From Eledone cirrhosa (Eukaryota), in the NCBI GenBank assembly GCA_964016885.1, contig OZ024741.1:362948001-363012000 (forward strand): a stretch of 64,000 nt of DNA. The letters are read 5' to 3'. The position numbers were made by a program, and so were the translations under genes. The notes beneath the pieces are model-generated. The model saw only the letters and a list, made by a program, of their open reading frames with translations, made no database searches and was not told the origin of the DNA. Below are positions 1-12,660 of this stretch, in pieces. Positions within the stretch are counted from its first letter, which is position 1; every line of letters starts with the position of its first letter.

Positions 1-400
1 GTCCTTACGGAACAGGTTGTACCCAGTAATGCTGAAAACCCCATCACAGAGTAAGGAATGTGCCCATGTTTCCGTGACTGTGATGAAGTCAGGGTTGATG
101 CTTCTGACATAGGAGTTAAACAGATGTATCTTGTTGCATAAACTGCAAGCATTTAAGGACAACAATTTGTACCCTGCTTGCAGTTTATGATGGTGTGTAG
201 AGGATGGCAGGTTGTTCTGGTTTAGTTTCCCAGAGTTGTTGCAGTTTTTTCATTGCCAGTTATTGTAGGTAGAGCGCACTCAGACCAGCTAGTATCTCTC
301 TTCCACGTTTCACCAGCCTTAACAAACCTCCAGATCTGCCCATCATCACGCAGACTAAAACTTTCATGTTGTGCTGAGTTCCGATTCAAGGAAGCTGCAG
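1..400 (-). mobile_element. CR1/L2-like LINE fragment (start of ORF2 AP-endonuclease)
   Basis: Minus-strand translation of ~174..1 gives GYKLLSLNACSLCNKIHLF...PDFITVTETWAHSLLCDGVFSITGYNLFRKD, the typical APE N-terminal motif order. The extent beyond ~175 is uncertain. Confidence 0.7.
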
Positions 401-551
401 TTTACTTGTAAACAAACTGAATATTAATAATATCATTATAATATTATTATAATATTATTATTATTCATTCAGGAATACATTTAGGTATCCACCACATTAA
501 GAGCGAAAACAAATTTTGTTTTTCCTTACTATGTAATTAATAAAAGCTCAC

Positions 552-618
552 CTTAGACTTCAGATCTTCAAATGATTTTTCTAGTTTTTGTATTAATTTG
601 GTATTTTCCTCTTCTAAC
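552..618 (-). CDS. CEP128: CEP128-like exon P: (R)LEEENTKLIQKLEKSFEDLKSK
   Basis: Acceptor ccttttag, donor gtgagc; 67 nt; phase 2 to 0. Confidence 0.8.
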
Positions 619-1177
619 CTAAAAGGTAACAGAAATATAATGAGCTATATATAAAACAGTAGTTTTGTTGGCTGTACAGTTTATTGTATTCAACTTTCAG
701 TTTTGTGAGAGAAGAGCAGGTCTGAAATTTGTATTTTCTGGCATGTTTACATGTCTACATATTAAATATATGTATATTTATATACACACTAGTGCAGTCT
801 TGGCTACATACTCTATATGTATACAGATATATCGTACACTTTTGCTGTTGGTGCACTCCTTAATATACAATTGAATATATTACCAACATGAGTGCTAATT
901 ATATGCAAATTAATATGTCTATTCCAGAATAATACTAAAAGCAAATGAGTATATAAGTTCATCAAATACATGTTTCCTTGTGGTTGATTGGATGATATAC
1001 ACATCTGATGAGGACCCTTTTAAGTTAAAAAATCGATTAAATGTGTTTATCATATTTTCAATTTACAGGGAAATTCATATTTTATGATATAACTTTATTG
1101 TACACTTCAGCTACTGGTGCACTCATCATCATTATCGTTATCATTTTTATGTCCACTTTTCCAAGCTTGCATAGGTT

Positions 1178-1210
<33 letters not shown>

Positions 1211-1214
<4 letters not shown>

Positions 1215-2038
1215 CCGCTAAAGGGTTCTCTCTAAAAATGAAAGGCAGGCTGTATGATGCTTGCATATGAACAGCAATGTTACATGGCAGTGGGACCTGG
1301 ACATTGTGTGCAGAGGATATGCGCAGACTGGAGAGAAACGAAGCTTGCATGCTCCGCTGGATGTGTAATAGTAATATACGTGAACGGCAAAGCATAAATG
1401 AACTAAGGGAGAAATTAGGAATAAGAGGGATCAGATGTTGTTTACTCGAGAGAAGACTACGTTGGTATGGTCACGTGATGCGCATGAAAGACGACAGCTG
1501 TATAAAAAAGTGCAGGGCGATAAAAATAGATGGTAGCCACGGAGTAGGCAGACCCAGAAAAACCTGTGACGCCTTGATAAATTCCGACCTCACACACTTA
1601 CACCTCTCCAAGACAATGTCACTGGACCGAGATCTTTGGCGCTACACAGTAATACAGAAGACCCGCCTTGCCTAAGTACAAAGCGAAACCTACAGTCAGT
1701 AGGCACCTCTAACAAAATACCCCCCACACACACACACACACACTACCCCCCACCCCATCCACACCACCCCCTTAAATGTGAAGTTATGTTGGTACCACAA
1801 CATCCAGTCCGAAACAAATGAGGTCGTGTAGGTGTCACGACAAAAAAACACAGTCCACGCTGTAATGTGGTCGTGTAGGTAACACGGTAAAAACCTCCCA
1901 GTCCACACTGTAAACATGGTTGGTGTTAGGAAGGGCATCCAGCCGTAGAAAACCCGCCAGACAGTCCTATACGAGCAGGACAACCCATGCAAGCGTGGAA
2001 GATGGACGTTAAGCGATGATGATGATGATGATGATGAT
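1211..2038 (+). mobile_element. 5'-truncated RTE-clade LINE (ORF2 C-terminus, 3' UTR and (GAT)n tail)
   Basis: MLHGS.TW...RRLRWYGHVMRM...GRPRKT motifs; premature TGA near 1268; (GAT)n tail ~2015-2038; (AT)n on both sides. Confidence 0.9.
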
Positions 2039-2370
2039 ATATATATATATAATCATAATTATCACCATCACCATAATCCTTGTTTAGTGTTTGCTTTCCA
2101 TGCTATAGCAAAGGTTGGATGGATTGTCAGCAGACCAGGTTGGTACTAGCAGAAATAATGATCCCATGGAATGAGCCAGGAGCCTGCATTTTGCTTGGTC
2201 AAAGTTGATTCTAGCTATTTGAAGTTGTCCACTTCTCAAATGTTCCTCCATTCTGCCTGATGATGGATGCTTTTTTCTGGTTATGACTATTGAACATAAA
2301 AGCTACTGTCACAAATCAGTATACAGATAAAAAGATAGTCAGAATAGAAAGACCAATTTATTATACTAAC

Positions 2371-2468
2371 CTAGTTACATTCTGGTGAAGTTGGTCAAAC
2401 TCAGTCTTTTGTTGGTCATGTTGTTGTTGTGTTTTCTTATGCATTGACCGTTCTTCTGCTAATTCATA
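2371..2468 (-). CDS. CEP128: CEP128-like exon O: YELAEERSMHKKTQQQHDQQKTEFDQLHQNVT(R)
   Basis: Acceptor ctgtgttcag, donor gttagt; 98 nt; phase 0 to 2. Confidence 0.8.
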
Positions 2469-3129
2469 CTGAACACAGAGATAGAGCATATTATATACAA
2501 TTTTCATTGAAATACTTATACCATCATCAATTACATCAATGCATGTGCACATACACAAGGACTTTAGACATTATATGTACCAATTTGAGATACAAACAGA
2601 AACAAATCACTGACAGGATCCAAATCATGGATCTTTCATTTGCCTAGTGACCATGATCATCATTAACAACAATATTGCTATCAGTGTTCATGGCAATATC
2701 TACATGTTTAAGTGCTGGGATGGACTTAAATGGCTCTTTAAAATAAGTGACTAATGGCAACTTCTTTTTCCACCTCTAAGGGTCTTCACCCTATTTTATT
2801 AACTATTCTATAGCATCTCCGTGCATCAACACACCACTCTTAATTTTAAATATATTTCTATTATTGTTCAGTATCCCTGTTTACAGTGGAGTTAGGGAGC
2901 CAAAAGTGCAGAGGGGAGTCTTATCGGAAGCAAGAGACAAGTGACGGCACATAAGAGGAAGTGCGGGCCATGTCACCTTTCATGGCTAGGATGTTTTAAT
3001 TGCTGGAGCAACTATTTTTTTTATAGCTAAATGACCTTCATTCTGCTAAATGGAAAGTCATGAAATAAGAATGGAACTGAAGCAGCATTGGACAACTTGT
3101 ACAGTGAATACATTTGAACTTGGTAAAGG

Positions 3130-3452
3130 TAAAAACCCTCCTTCGGTCACGAATAACCATGGGATTTGCACCCAGAAAGTTCCCTGCTGAAGCACAAGGT
3201 TATTTGTGGAAGACCAGCAGTCACTCATGCATACCGGTTTCCCCTCTCCATGCCACCGATGTTGTCCAAGGGAAAGGCAATGGCTAATGCAGCTTGGTAC
3301 CAGTGATGTCCCATCTCATTTCTACAGCTGAGTAATAAACTGGAGTAACACGAAATAAAGTGCCTTGCTCAAGGACACAACACATCACCCAGTCCAGGAA
3401 TTGAACTTACAATGTCATTATTGCAAACACTAACTACTAAACTATGCACCTT
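3130..3452 (-). mobile_element. tRNA-derived SINE; related copy at ~63775-64000
   Basis: Minus strand has a decayed tRNA head (gttcaattcc B-box) followed by gttgtgtccttgagcaaggcactttatttc; same core at 63930-63960. Confidence 0.6.
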
Positions 3453-4344
3453 CACATAATTTGAAATTAAGACCATATGAGCAGGAGTCTATTAAAAATT
3501 ATATTGAACACTTACAATGAATAAGCCAATGAAGGATGCTCTATATGATTGCTCAACCTGTTAGAAATAGCATCTAAATTTCCCTTACATGATACACAAC
3601 CATCTTGAAAAATGAAGGATACTTAGGATAATATCAATTTGAAAATACAAAAAAATGGGATGATACTGGCTGACCAGAGCCTAATTAACAAGGTAATTTT
3701 TTCTGCTAAAGCAAGGGTTAGCCTTGCAGGCCCCATGACAGGCTTCATATTTATCCTGGGTTTCTTGGTGAGGCAATGTTTTATAGCTGTATGCTCTTCC
3801 TGCTTCTAACCCTTTTAGTTACCTTTTACAACATGCAAAAATACAGTGTACCTATTCTAAACCAATTATATAGAACAACAACATAGAGGTGATGGAAAGG
3901 AATGTAAGCAATTTAAGAATCAAAGAGGCCATTATCATCAACCAGAAAAAAAACAAAGATGAATAATAGACTGGAAATGCATGAAGCCGATTGGTTACTA
4001 TAATGACTTCACAAATGCATATTTCAAACATGTAGACCAGTTATAGAAGAGTACATCGATTGTTCGTTTTTGATTTGAACTGTTTCTGCTTCACATTTGA
4101 AAAGAGGGTAATAGGCCTAAAATATCATGTTGAAATATATTACTTTGTTTTGTTTTATTTGTCATCCTTTGCTCCTTATATATTACTACCACATTGTACC
4201 GGCTTTTTGAAACTTATCAGTAATTTATTAAACAACAATAAAAACACTTACTTTCAATGAATGTAAAGAGGCATTATGTTCAGCTTTAACTTCATTCATG
4301 TGTTTTGTAAACATTTGATTATTATGGACCTCGCGTGCCTATAA

Positions 4345-5609
4345 ATAATACAACAGCAGTTAATGTAGTTAACCAAATGTAAATAACTGTAAACAATACC
4401 ACAGTAATTGATGTAGTTAACCAAGTATAAATATCTGTAAACAATACCACAGTAATTGATGTAGTTAACCAAGTGTAAATATCTGTAAACAATACGACAG
4501 TAATTGATGTAGTTAACCAAGTGTAAATAACTGTAAACAATACCACAGTAATTGATGTAGTTAACCAAGTGTAAATATCTGTAAACAATACCACAGTAAT
4601 TGATGTAGTTAACCAAGTGTAAATAACTGTAAACAATACCACAGTAATTGATGTAGTTAACCAAGTGTAAATATCTGTAAACAATACCACAGCAATTGAT
4701 GTAGTTAACCAAGTGTAAATATCTGTAAACAATACCACAGTAATTGATGTAGTTAACCAAGTGTAAATATCTGTAAACAATACCACAGTAATTGATGTAG
4801 TTAACCAAGTGTAAATATCTGTAAACAATACCACAGTAATTGATGTAGTTAACCAAGTGTAAATATCTGTAAACAATACCACAGCAATTGATGTAGTTAA
4901 CCAAGTGTAAATATCTGTAAACAATACCACAGTAATTGATGTAGTTAACCAAGTGTAAATATCTGTAAACAATACCACAGTAATTGATGTAGTTAACCAA
5001 GTGTAAATATCTGTAAACAATACCACAGCAATTGATGTAGTTAACCAAGTGTAAATATCTGTAAACAATACCACAGCAATTGATGTAGTTAACCAAGTGT
5101 AAATATCTGTAAACAATACCACAGTAATTGATGTAGTTAACCAAGTGTAAATATCTGTAAACAATACCACAGTAATTGATGTAGTTAACCAAGTGTAAAT
5201 ATCTGTAAACAATACCACAGCAATTGATGTAGTTAACCAAGTGTAAATATCTGTAAACAATACTACAATAATTGATGTAGTTAACCAAGTGTAAATATCT
5301 GTAAACAATACTACAATAATTGATGTAGTTAACCAAGTGTAAATATCTGTAAACAATACTACAATAATTGATGTAGTTAACCAAGTGTAAATATCTGTAA
5401 ACAATACCACAGTAATTGATGTAGTTAACCAAGTGTAAATATCTGTAAACAATACCACAGTAATTGATGTAGTTAACCAAGTGTAAATATCTGTAAACAA
5501 TACCACAGTAATTGATGTAGTTAACCAAGTGTAAATATCTGTAAACAATACCACAGTAATTGATGTAGTTAACCAAGTGTAAATATCTGTAAACAATACC
5601 ACAGCAATT
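4345..5609. repeat. 48-bp minisatellite, ~26 copies (GTAAACAATACCACAGTAATTGATGTAGTTAACCAAGTGTAAATATCT)
   Basis: Near-perfect tandem units read directly; they generate the 430/440 aa repeat ORFs in the track. Confidence 0.97.
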
Positions 5610-6607
5610 CTCAAACATGAAATAGTGGTGTGTGCAATGCTAAATTTACCATTGTGCTAAGGTGTGCTTAAGCACAGGGCCTCGTTTGCCAGGGGAGGGG
5701 CATCTTCCTGCCAGAAAATTTGTTTACCTCCTTCAGGGCCCAAGTAAGAGGTCTCATAACTTAACTAGCACAGGACCTCATTTGTCCTAAATCCAGTACT
5801 AGGTGTGTTCTTATATTTGTATTAGCAAATTATTATTAGAAACAAATGCATTGGCAAATTCAGTCATGACAATGCTTAATATTATTTGTGAGTGTGGGTC
5901 AAAAGAACCTGGACAGGACATTGTCTGGTAGCATCAATGCTCAGTACTGCTGAGAAAGTGATACTATGAGGTGTCAAAGTTGTTGATATCACCAGTCAAC
6001 AGCTGTTGAGGGGAGTAGCACACACACATACACATATTCAAATAGCCAATGCAAACCTACATTTTGGGGGCTCTGACTGAAGCTTCAATAGTTATTGTAG
6101 AGTCCCTTCAGAATTAGCAGGCTTGAAGCTAAAGCTTCATTAGTTTCATAATAGATCTGCCACTACAAATAATTATTATTCAAGAATGTTTCATTCTTTT
6201 TTATGCATATTTTTGTCATATTGTGCAAATTGGCAACTCAAATGAAAAGATAAAAACGAAAGGAAATATCTAAATTAGTATTATATTGTAATATCATTAT
6301 AACTTTTATATTTTAAGTTTATTATTAAATTCATATAACAAACTGATGAAGGCCACACTTCAGGGATCTCATCATCATCATCATCATCATCATCATTTTA
6401 CGTCTGCTTAATGCTGAGATCAAGAGAAGAGTGTTTTGATGAATAACACCAAGGTCAAGGCACACAGCACAAGAGGAATAAAGAAGAATGGAAAGTCCTG
6501 GTTATTTTGATACCTACCGCAATGGCTTTCAATCATGATTTGCAAATGATCATTCCCACTGAAGTGTAGACTAATAGCTTGATTCACAGCATATCTTATG
6601 TACTTAC

Positions 6608-6667
6608 CCTAGTTTCTTTGAGTTCAATTTTCAAACTGTCAATTGTGGAAAAGTAAGTTTCTCTGTG
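6608..6667 (-). CDS. CEP128: CEP128-like exon N: HRETYFSTIDSLKIELKETR
   Basis: Acceptor ttttactaatttcag, donor gtaagt; 60 nt. Confidence 0.75.
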
Positions 6668-6899
6668 CTGAAATTAGTAAAAAAAAAAAGAGGACACAGT
6701 CCATTTACATATAGCACCAAATGGACAAGAGAATAATTCACCAAACCCACATGGTAACATGGAAATAGTGTAATAAGTCATGGTTTTAAAACATATAATA
6801 ACATTTACATTTGGAATAAGTTAATACCAGAGTCACTAAAAATACTGTATTACAGCATATTAAACTGTAACAACAATAGGTCTATTACACCAAACTTCA

Positions 6900-7105
6900 T
6901 TCACATCACACCATACTAGATGAACTACACTCCACTATAGCACATTACACCACACCACACTACGTCACACCACACTAAACCACACTACACCACATCACAC
7001 CATACCACACTATATCAACTACACCATGTTACACTAAATTTACCACACCACATTATATTTTAGCTCCACTACAACACTACACTATATCTACATCACACCA
7101 CATAT
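6900..7105. repeat. Degenerate pentanucleotide (CACAC/CACTA)n tract
   Basis: Read directly. Confidence 0.75.
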
Positions 7106-7565
7106 CATTATCCTTAATATCTGAACTTCCTGCTAGCAAGGGTTTGACAGGTTGTCACAGATCAAGTCAGTACTTAATCAAAGATACTGACCTCTCAGGT
7201 GTACTGGGGCTCTATCTCACTTGCATATGTTCCCACCCTCTACAGAATGCACTGGGTGAATTTTATCATGGCACCAGTGCTAGCTAGGTTGTCATGTTTT
7301 TGACAAACTTAAGAGTCCTCTAAACCCTTTATTTGACAAATATTCTATGGCTGGATACCATTCCTATCACCAACCTATTTACAGTCCTTACTGGTGTGAA
7401 TTATGTGACCAACACTAGAGAGAAGGTTATTGTGCCCTTGGTCTTTTTTAGCATGGATTCTATAGCTGGATGTCCTTCCTATCACCAACCACCACCTTAC
7501 AGAGTGTTCTATTCATAAAAAAAGAAGACAGTTTACACAATATGAGCATTCATAAATGGATACAA

Positions 7566-7720
7566 ACATGGCTGAATGGTTAAGAAGTTCACTTCATAAT
7601 CATGAGGTCCTGGGTTCCATCCCACTGTATAGTATCTGGGACTAGTGTCTTTGCCATAACCTCAGGATGACCCCAGCTATGTGAGTAAATTTAAGGATAC
7701 AAAAACTATAGAAGCCCATC
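7566..7720 (+). mobile_element. tRNA-derived SINE; related heads at ~9927 and ~15977
   Basis: A-box tggctgaatgg and B-box ggttccatccc, then non-tRNA body; no cloverleaf evident. Confidence 0.6.
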
Positions 7721-8871
7721 AGATGGACTGTGCTTGTAATTTAAAAGTCCAGTCTTGCCCTATAACTTATCACACTGGTTCAGCTTAGAAATTGTGGAGT
7801 ACAAATTGTGGAATACTCAACCACTAACATGTAATTCATGATTAAACAACTGAATGGTCATCATCAATGGAGAATCCATCATTACTTTCATAAAATCAAT
7901 TTATTATCACTGTAAATGAGGTTGGTGTTAGGAAGGGCATCCAGTTGTATAAATCAAGCCAAAATCAGTTCTGTATGAGCAAGACATGGTCACCTGACCT
8001 GGCATTGCCCACAACAGGACAACCCGTCTAACCCATGCTAGCGTGGAAGAATGGATGTAAAACGGTGATGATGATGATGATGAATAACCTGTTTTAATTC
8101 ATAGCAATGATGTACAGTATTCAAAAACCCATTAAATAACCTATTTTCATCAGTGATAATGTATGATATACAAACGTTTTAAGCATTTATTCATGAGAGA
8201 AAAAATCTATTTGTTCTTTCCCTATTGTCTCCTTTTCAATGAAAAACACTGACTATAATGTTCAAATTGTTTTGAGAATAATAGAAAATTTGGAGAAATT
8301 TAGAAATATAATTAACTTTCTCATTATAAAGCTGATGCTAGCAGCGTAACTTAACATAACACCACACCACATTACATTTTATCCCCAACACTACACTATA
8401 TCTACCACATCACACCACATAACATCATCATCATTTAATATCTGTTCTTTCTGCTAGCAAAGGTTTGACAGGTTGTCACAGATCAAGTCAGTACTTAATC
8501 AAAGCTACTTACCTCTCAGGTGGATTGGGGCTGTATCTCACTTATATGCATCTCCACCCTCTACATTATGATAGAAGTTTTTTAGGTAATCATAATAAAC
8601 ACTTTAAAATATCTTTTTATCATAAAACAAGGGACAGTTGCAGATGGTTTGGTATTAAAACAGGTAATTCTTTTATAGTTCCCTACCCTATGATACAACA
8701 ATAACTCAGTTAATAACTGCTTCAACTCCTTAGAACCTCAAAATGACATACATATTCACTCAATTTGACATCAATATCTACTACCCTTTAATCACCAATG
8801 TCCTACTAAAAAATATACCAAATATTATCTATCAATCTCTGTAGTGGAATCCAAATCATACATGCCAAGAA

Positions 8872-9019
8872 AGAGGAGGAGGAAGAGGAGAAGGAGGAGG
8901 AGGTGGGAGGAGGGGGAGGAGGAGGAGGAGGAGGAGGAGGAGGAGGAGGAGGAGGAGGAGGAGGAGGAGGAGGAGGAGGAGGAGGAGGAGGAGGAGGAGG
9001 AGGAGGAGGAGGAGGAGGA
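8872..9019. repeat. (GAG)n microsatellite
   Basis: Read directly; intronic, ~85 nt from the exon M donor. Confidence 0.95.
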
Positions 9020-9104
9020 AAGCAATAAATCAATAATGACAATTATTATTATTTTTATTGTTATTCACACAGATAACAGGAAAATATAATCAAGCTCAGC
9101 CTAC

Positions 9105-9191
9105 CTCTTTCATTTGAATCTTTAGGTCTTCTATTTGCTGTTTTAGGTGTGATTCCCTTTGTTCCAAGTTGACATTTTCTTGTCGAAGATC
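9105..9191 (-). CDS. CEP128: CEP128-like exon M: DLRQENVNLEQRESHLKQQIEDLKIQMKE
   Basis: Acceptor atatttcag, donor gtaggc; 87 nt. Confidence 0.85.
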
Positions 9192-9284
9192 CTGAAATAT
9201 TTTACAAAAGACATTCCCAACTATTGTCAATCTCACTGGTGCACACATTTTATTTTGTAAGATGGAGAATTTATTTGATATTTA

Positions 9285-9494
9285 CTGTAGATAATTGAAT
9301 ATAAGCCGAGGGATATGTGACCAAAAATTTGATGGTAAAATGGTAGGTAGGTTGGCTTCTATTCGCCATCTAAACATAATGTGTTGGTTAGCTGCCTTGG
9401 CTTATAAATGGGGTTTGGATTTCTTTCCCATTTCTTAGACATAAAATAGGCAGTCAGCTTATATTCGGATCAGCTGATATTCGAGTATATATGG
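9285..9494. mobile_element. Tc1/pogo-type MITE
   Basis: Imperfect TIRs ctgtagataattgaatata / gatattcgagtatatatgg with TA on both sides. Confidence 0.55.
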
Positions 9495-9505
9495 TAGTTA
9501 CTTAA

Positions 9506-9726
9506 CCCTTTAGCATTTAAACCGGCCACATCTGGTCAGAATTCTCTCACTTCTTTCTGGCCAAACTGGCTATAACCAGCTGCTCATACTTATGTTAAGG
9601 TATTGTTCTCAAAATAAATAATATCAAAATCTTGTAGATTCGATATTATGCTAGATAATTATGTCAGATAAAGGGTTTAAAGTGAAAATACAATAGTAAA
9701 TATAGAGTAATATAAATGCTAAAGGG
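9506..9726. mobile_element. piggyBac-like MITE
   Basis: 14-bp TIR CCCTTTAGCATTTA...TAAATGCTAAAGGG flanked by TTAA on both sides. Confidence 0.8.
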
Positions 9727-10095
9727 TTAAGTGCAGGTATAGCTGTGAGGCAGATGTAAAGTACAGGAGTGACTATGAAGTAAAGGTCAGGCACAGGAAT
9801 GGCTGTGTGGTACAGATGTGGCTGTGTGGAACAGGTGTGGCTGAGGATACATGTGTGGCTGTGTGGCAGAGGTGTGACTGTGGTTCATGTATGGCTGTAT
9901 GGTACAAGTGTGAACGTGTGGCAGAGGTATGGCTGTATGATTAAGAAGTTCACTTCAGAACCATGTGGATTCTGGGTTCAGTTCTGTTACATGGTACCTT
10001 GGGAAAATGTCTTCTATTATTCCCCTCGAGTCAACCAATGTTTTGTGAGTAAAATTTGGTAAACAAAATTGTGTGGAATACTGTTGTTTGTATAT

Positions 10096-10270
10096 CTGTG
10101 TGTGTGTGTGGTTGTTTATGTTTGTGCGTGTGTGTGTGTTTATGTGTTTCCACGTCTGTGTTTGTGTGTGTGTGTGTGGTTGTTTATGTGTTTCCATGTC
10201 TGTGTATGTGTGTGTTTCCATGTCTGTGTTTGTGTGTATGGTTGTTTATGTGTTTCCATGTCTGTGTTTA
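10096..10270. repeat. TG-rich compound microsatellite/minisatellite
   Basis: Repeated gtttatgtgtttccatgtctgtg units separated by (TG)n. Confidence 0.85.
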
Positions 10271-10810
10271 TATTTACTGTTTCTCTAGGTCCCACAACTG
10301 TCCAGTTCAACAAAATGAGATTGATAAAACAAGTAACCAGAAGTGAAAAAATAAGTATTCAAGGTGGTGCCTCTGACTGAAACAAGTAAAAGAATTAAAT
10401 AATATACATATTTCACTATAAGCTGGATATCTTCAGTGTGGTGCTAAACATTAAGATTATTCTACGCCAACTTGCAATAGGCTAGCATGGTGCAGTAGAG
10501 TGAACATCCCTGCCCAAATTTAGGGCTCTGATGACAGGTGAAATGACACAGTAGCTACAGTACATTGTTGCCACATCAAGAGTTTTAAGGCCATTTTCCC
10601 CACTAAAGCAGTGGTTAGCCTTGCAGACACCATTACAATCTTCATACTTCTCATAGAGTCCATTTTAAGGCAATATTTTATGGCTAAATGCCTTTCCTGG
10701 TGCCAAACCCTTTAGTTGCCTCTTATAACATACAAGAATACAGAATACCTATTCTTATATATTTATATTTAACAACATAATTGCCATCACCAACATACAC
10801 ACATACTTAC

Positions 10811-10885
10811 CTGTCTTTGGTCAATAATTTCATTCATCTGGGTAGATACATCAGCTTTAGCTTGACTCAACTCTTGTAACTGAAA
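10811..10885 (-). CDS. CEP128: CEP128-like exon L: FQLQELSQAKADVSTQMNEIIDQRQ
   Basis: Acceptor ttttgttaaacag (an alternative in-frame acceptor would start the exon at 10879), donor gtaagt; 75 nt. Confidence 0.8.
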
Positions 10886-10977
10886 CTGTTTAACAAAAAA
10901 AAGTCAGTAAAAAATTGTTCTCCCTTTGAATTCATTATAGTTAAAACTGACAGCATATTTGCCAGATTACTGCTGGT

Positions 10978-11080
10978 CGCCGAGGTTAACTTTGCCTTTC
11001 ATCCTTACGGGGTCGATAAAATAAAGTACCAGTAATGTACTGGGATAATTGCTGGCCTTGTGCCAAAAGTAGAAACCATT
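10978..11080 (+). mobile_element. SINE fragment, same family as 26826-27005
   Basis: gccgaggttaactttgcctttcatccttacggggtcgataaaataaagtaccag...ggccttgtgccaaaagtagaaac. Confidence 0.75.
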
Positions 11081-11968
11081 ATGTTTATTAACATAATCTG
11101 AATCACTCTCATTCATCCTCTCTCATATTTACTGTTCCACACTGCCTACTTAGCTGGGGGCCACTTGGGATTTGTCTGAGTCCTTCCCTCACAATCTCCA
11201 GATGTTCTTCCTATACACTATGTAGGGTGGTAGTGCTTGGCCACGATAAAATGCAGCAAGCACCTTCAGTAGAATGGTTGGCATTAGAAAGGGCATCCAG
11301 CCAAAATGTGAAGTATATAAGCAAGACATGGTCCTCTAATTTGTTTAGTCTTGGATCATGACAACCAATCTAACCCATGCTGGCATAGAAAACAGACATA
11401 AAATGATACTTGCTGTAATCATCCCACCTCTATATCTACATCCCCAATTCCCCAGGCATCTTCCCCACCCCTGCCTCACCCAAGTCCCCAATCCACACCA
11501 TAATGTGGTTCCCCTGGAGCCACAACAAAAACACCCAGCCCACACTATAAACTGGTTGTGTAACCATCACGACAAAAAGCACCCAGCACACAATGTAAAT
11601 GTGGTTGGCATTAGGAAGGGTATCCAGCTGTAGAAATCAAAATTAGTTTTGTGTGAGTGAAACATGGTCCTCCGACATGATCTCTCACAAAGGGACAGCC
11701 TGTCTTATCAATGCTAGCATGAAAAATGGATGTTAACAGATGATGATGATGATGATATAACATTATAATAGAGATTAGAACAGTGGCTGTGGCTAAGACA
11801 AAAGAGCACCAAACTAAGTCATTACAATATGAATCTACTACTATAATTCTCATATATATAAATATTGATAAAACAAATACGTCTTGAAAAACATAGTTCC
11901 AAAGGTGGTGCCCCTGCATGGCCACAATCTAATGACTAAAACAAATAAAAGAAAAAAAGAAAAAATAC

Positions 11969-12100
11969 CTTTAGTTGCTGTGCATGTTCCTGAGAGAGTC
12001 GATGTGCATTTTCAACTGCTGTGAGCTTTTCTATCAAGTCATTTTTATCAGACTGTAGTGCAGACACTTGCAGATGGTATTGCTGCAACTCTTGTTCAAT
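11969..12100 (-). CDS. CEP128: CEP128-like exon K: IEQELQQYHLQVSALQSDKNDLIEKLTAVENAHRLSQEHAQQLK
   Basis: Acceptor atttcag, donor gtattt; 132 nt. Confidence 0.85.
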
Positions 12101-12660
12101 CTGAAATTTACAAACAGTTTAGATTAGAACCTTAACCTTTTTGATAGCAAGACAGTCAAAACTGGCTCTGGTTCTATGAAACTAAACCATCTAGGATTCC
12201 TAGTTAAATTGAAATCGTCCCACGTAATCTTATATAAGAACTATATGTTAAGTTACTATTTTAGTAATGAAAGAATAATCTTAGTAAATCTCCCCAAATT
12301 CTTCATTAAAAATATGGTCATGAAATGGTTAAAGATTCTTTGTCATGGAAATAAAATAAATATTCTGGAAAATATTAGAATATTTTCCTTAGCTCCTTTT
12401 GATTCTAACCCACCTCAAAACACCATTTAAAATTAAAATCATTCAACATAATTTGTTTAGGCAGTAGGTGTCCAGTTTAGAATGAGTACAGTGTATCATT
12501 ACATGCCACAAGAGGTGAATAAAATGGCTAACCTCAGAAAAGTGTGAAGCGTTTCATGTGGTCTTCAAACTACCCTCTGTTTTAGTAGCAGAAAATGGTC
12601 TTAAAAGACTTGTTACTGTTGCTAAGATGATTTAATATAAGAACTTTTTAATAAGTTATA

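Noticed and set aside
4024-4116. Candidate extra exon (AYYPLFKCEAETVQIKNEQS...) after an acceptor-like ttttag
   Set aside because: There is no good in-phase donor before the stop codon and the composition is not convincingly coiled-coil.
4296-5618. 430 and 440 aa ORFs as protein-coding genes
   Set aside because: They are translations of a 48-bp tandem repeat open in two frames at once, with no unique domain.
7566-7640. tRNA-like A/B boxes here and at ~9927, ~15977 and ~26930
   Set aside because: No cloverleaf is evident and each continues into a shared repeat body, so these are SINE heads rather than tRNA genes.
8806-9089. Poly-Pro, poly-Ser and poly-Glu ORFs
   Set aside because: All derive from the (GAG)n microsatellite, which lies in the intron after the exon M donor.
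9955-10380. Cys/Val-rich and His/Thr-rich ORFs
   Set aside because: They are translations of TG-rich simple repeats within a SINE-like region.
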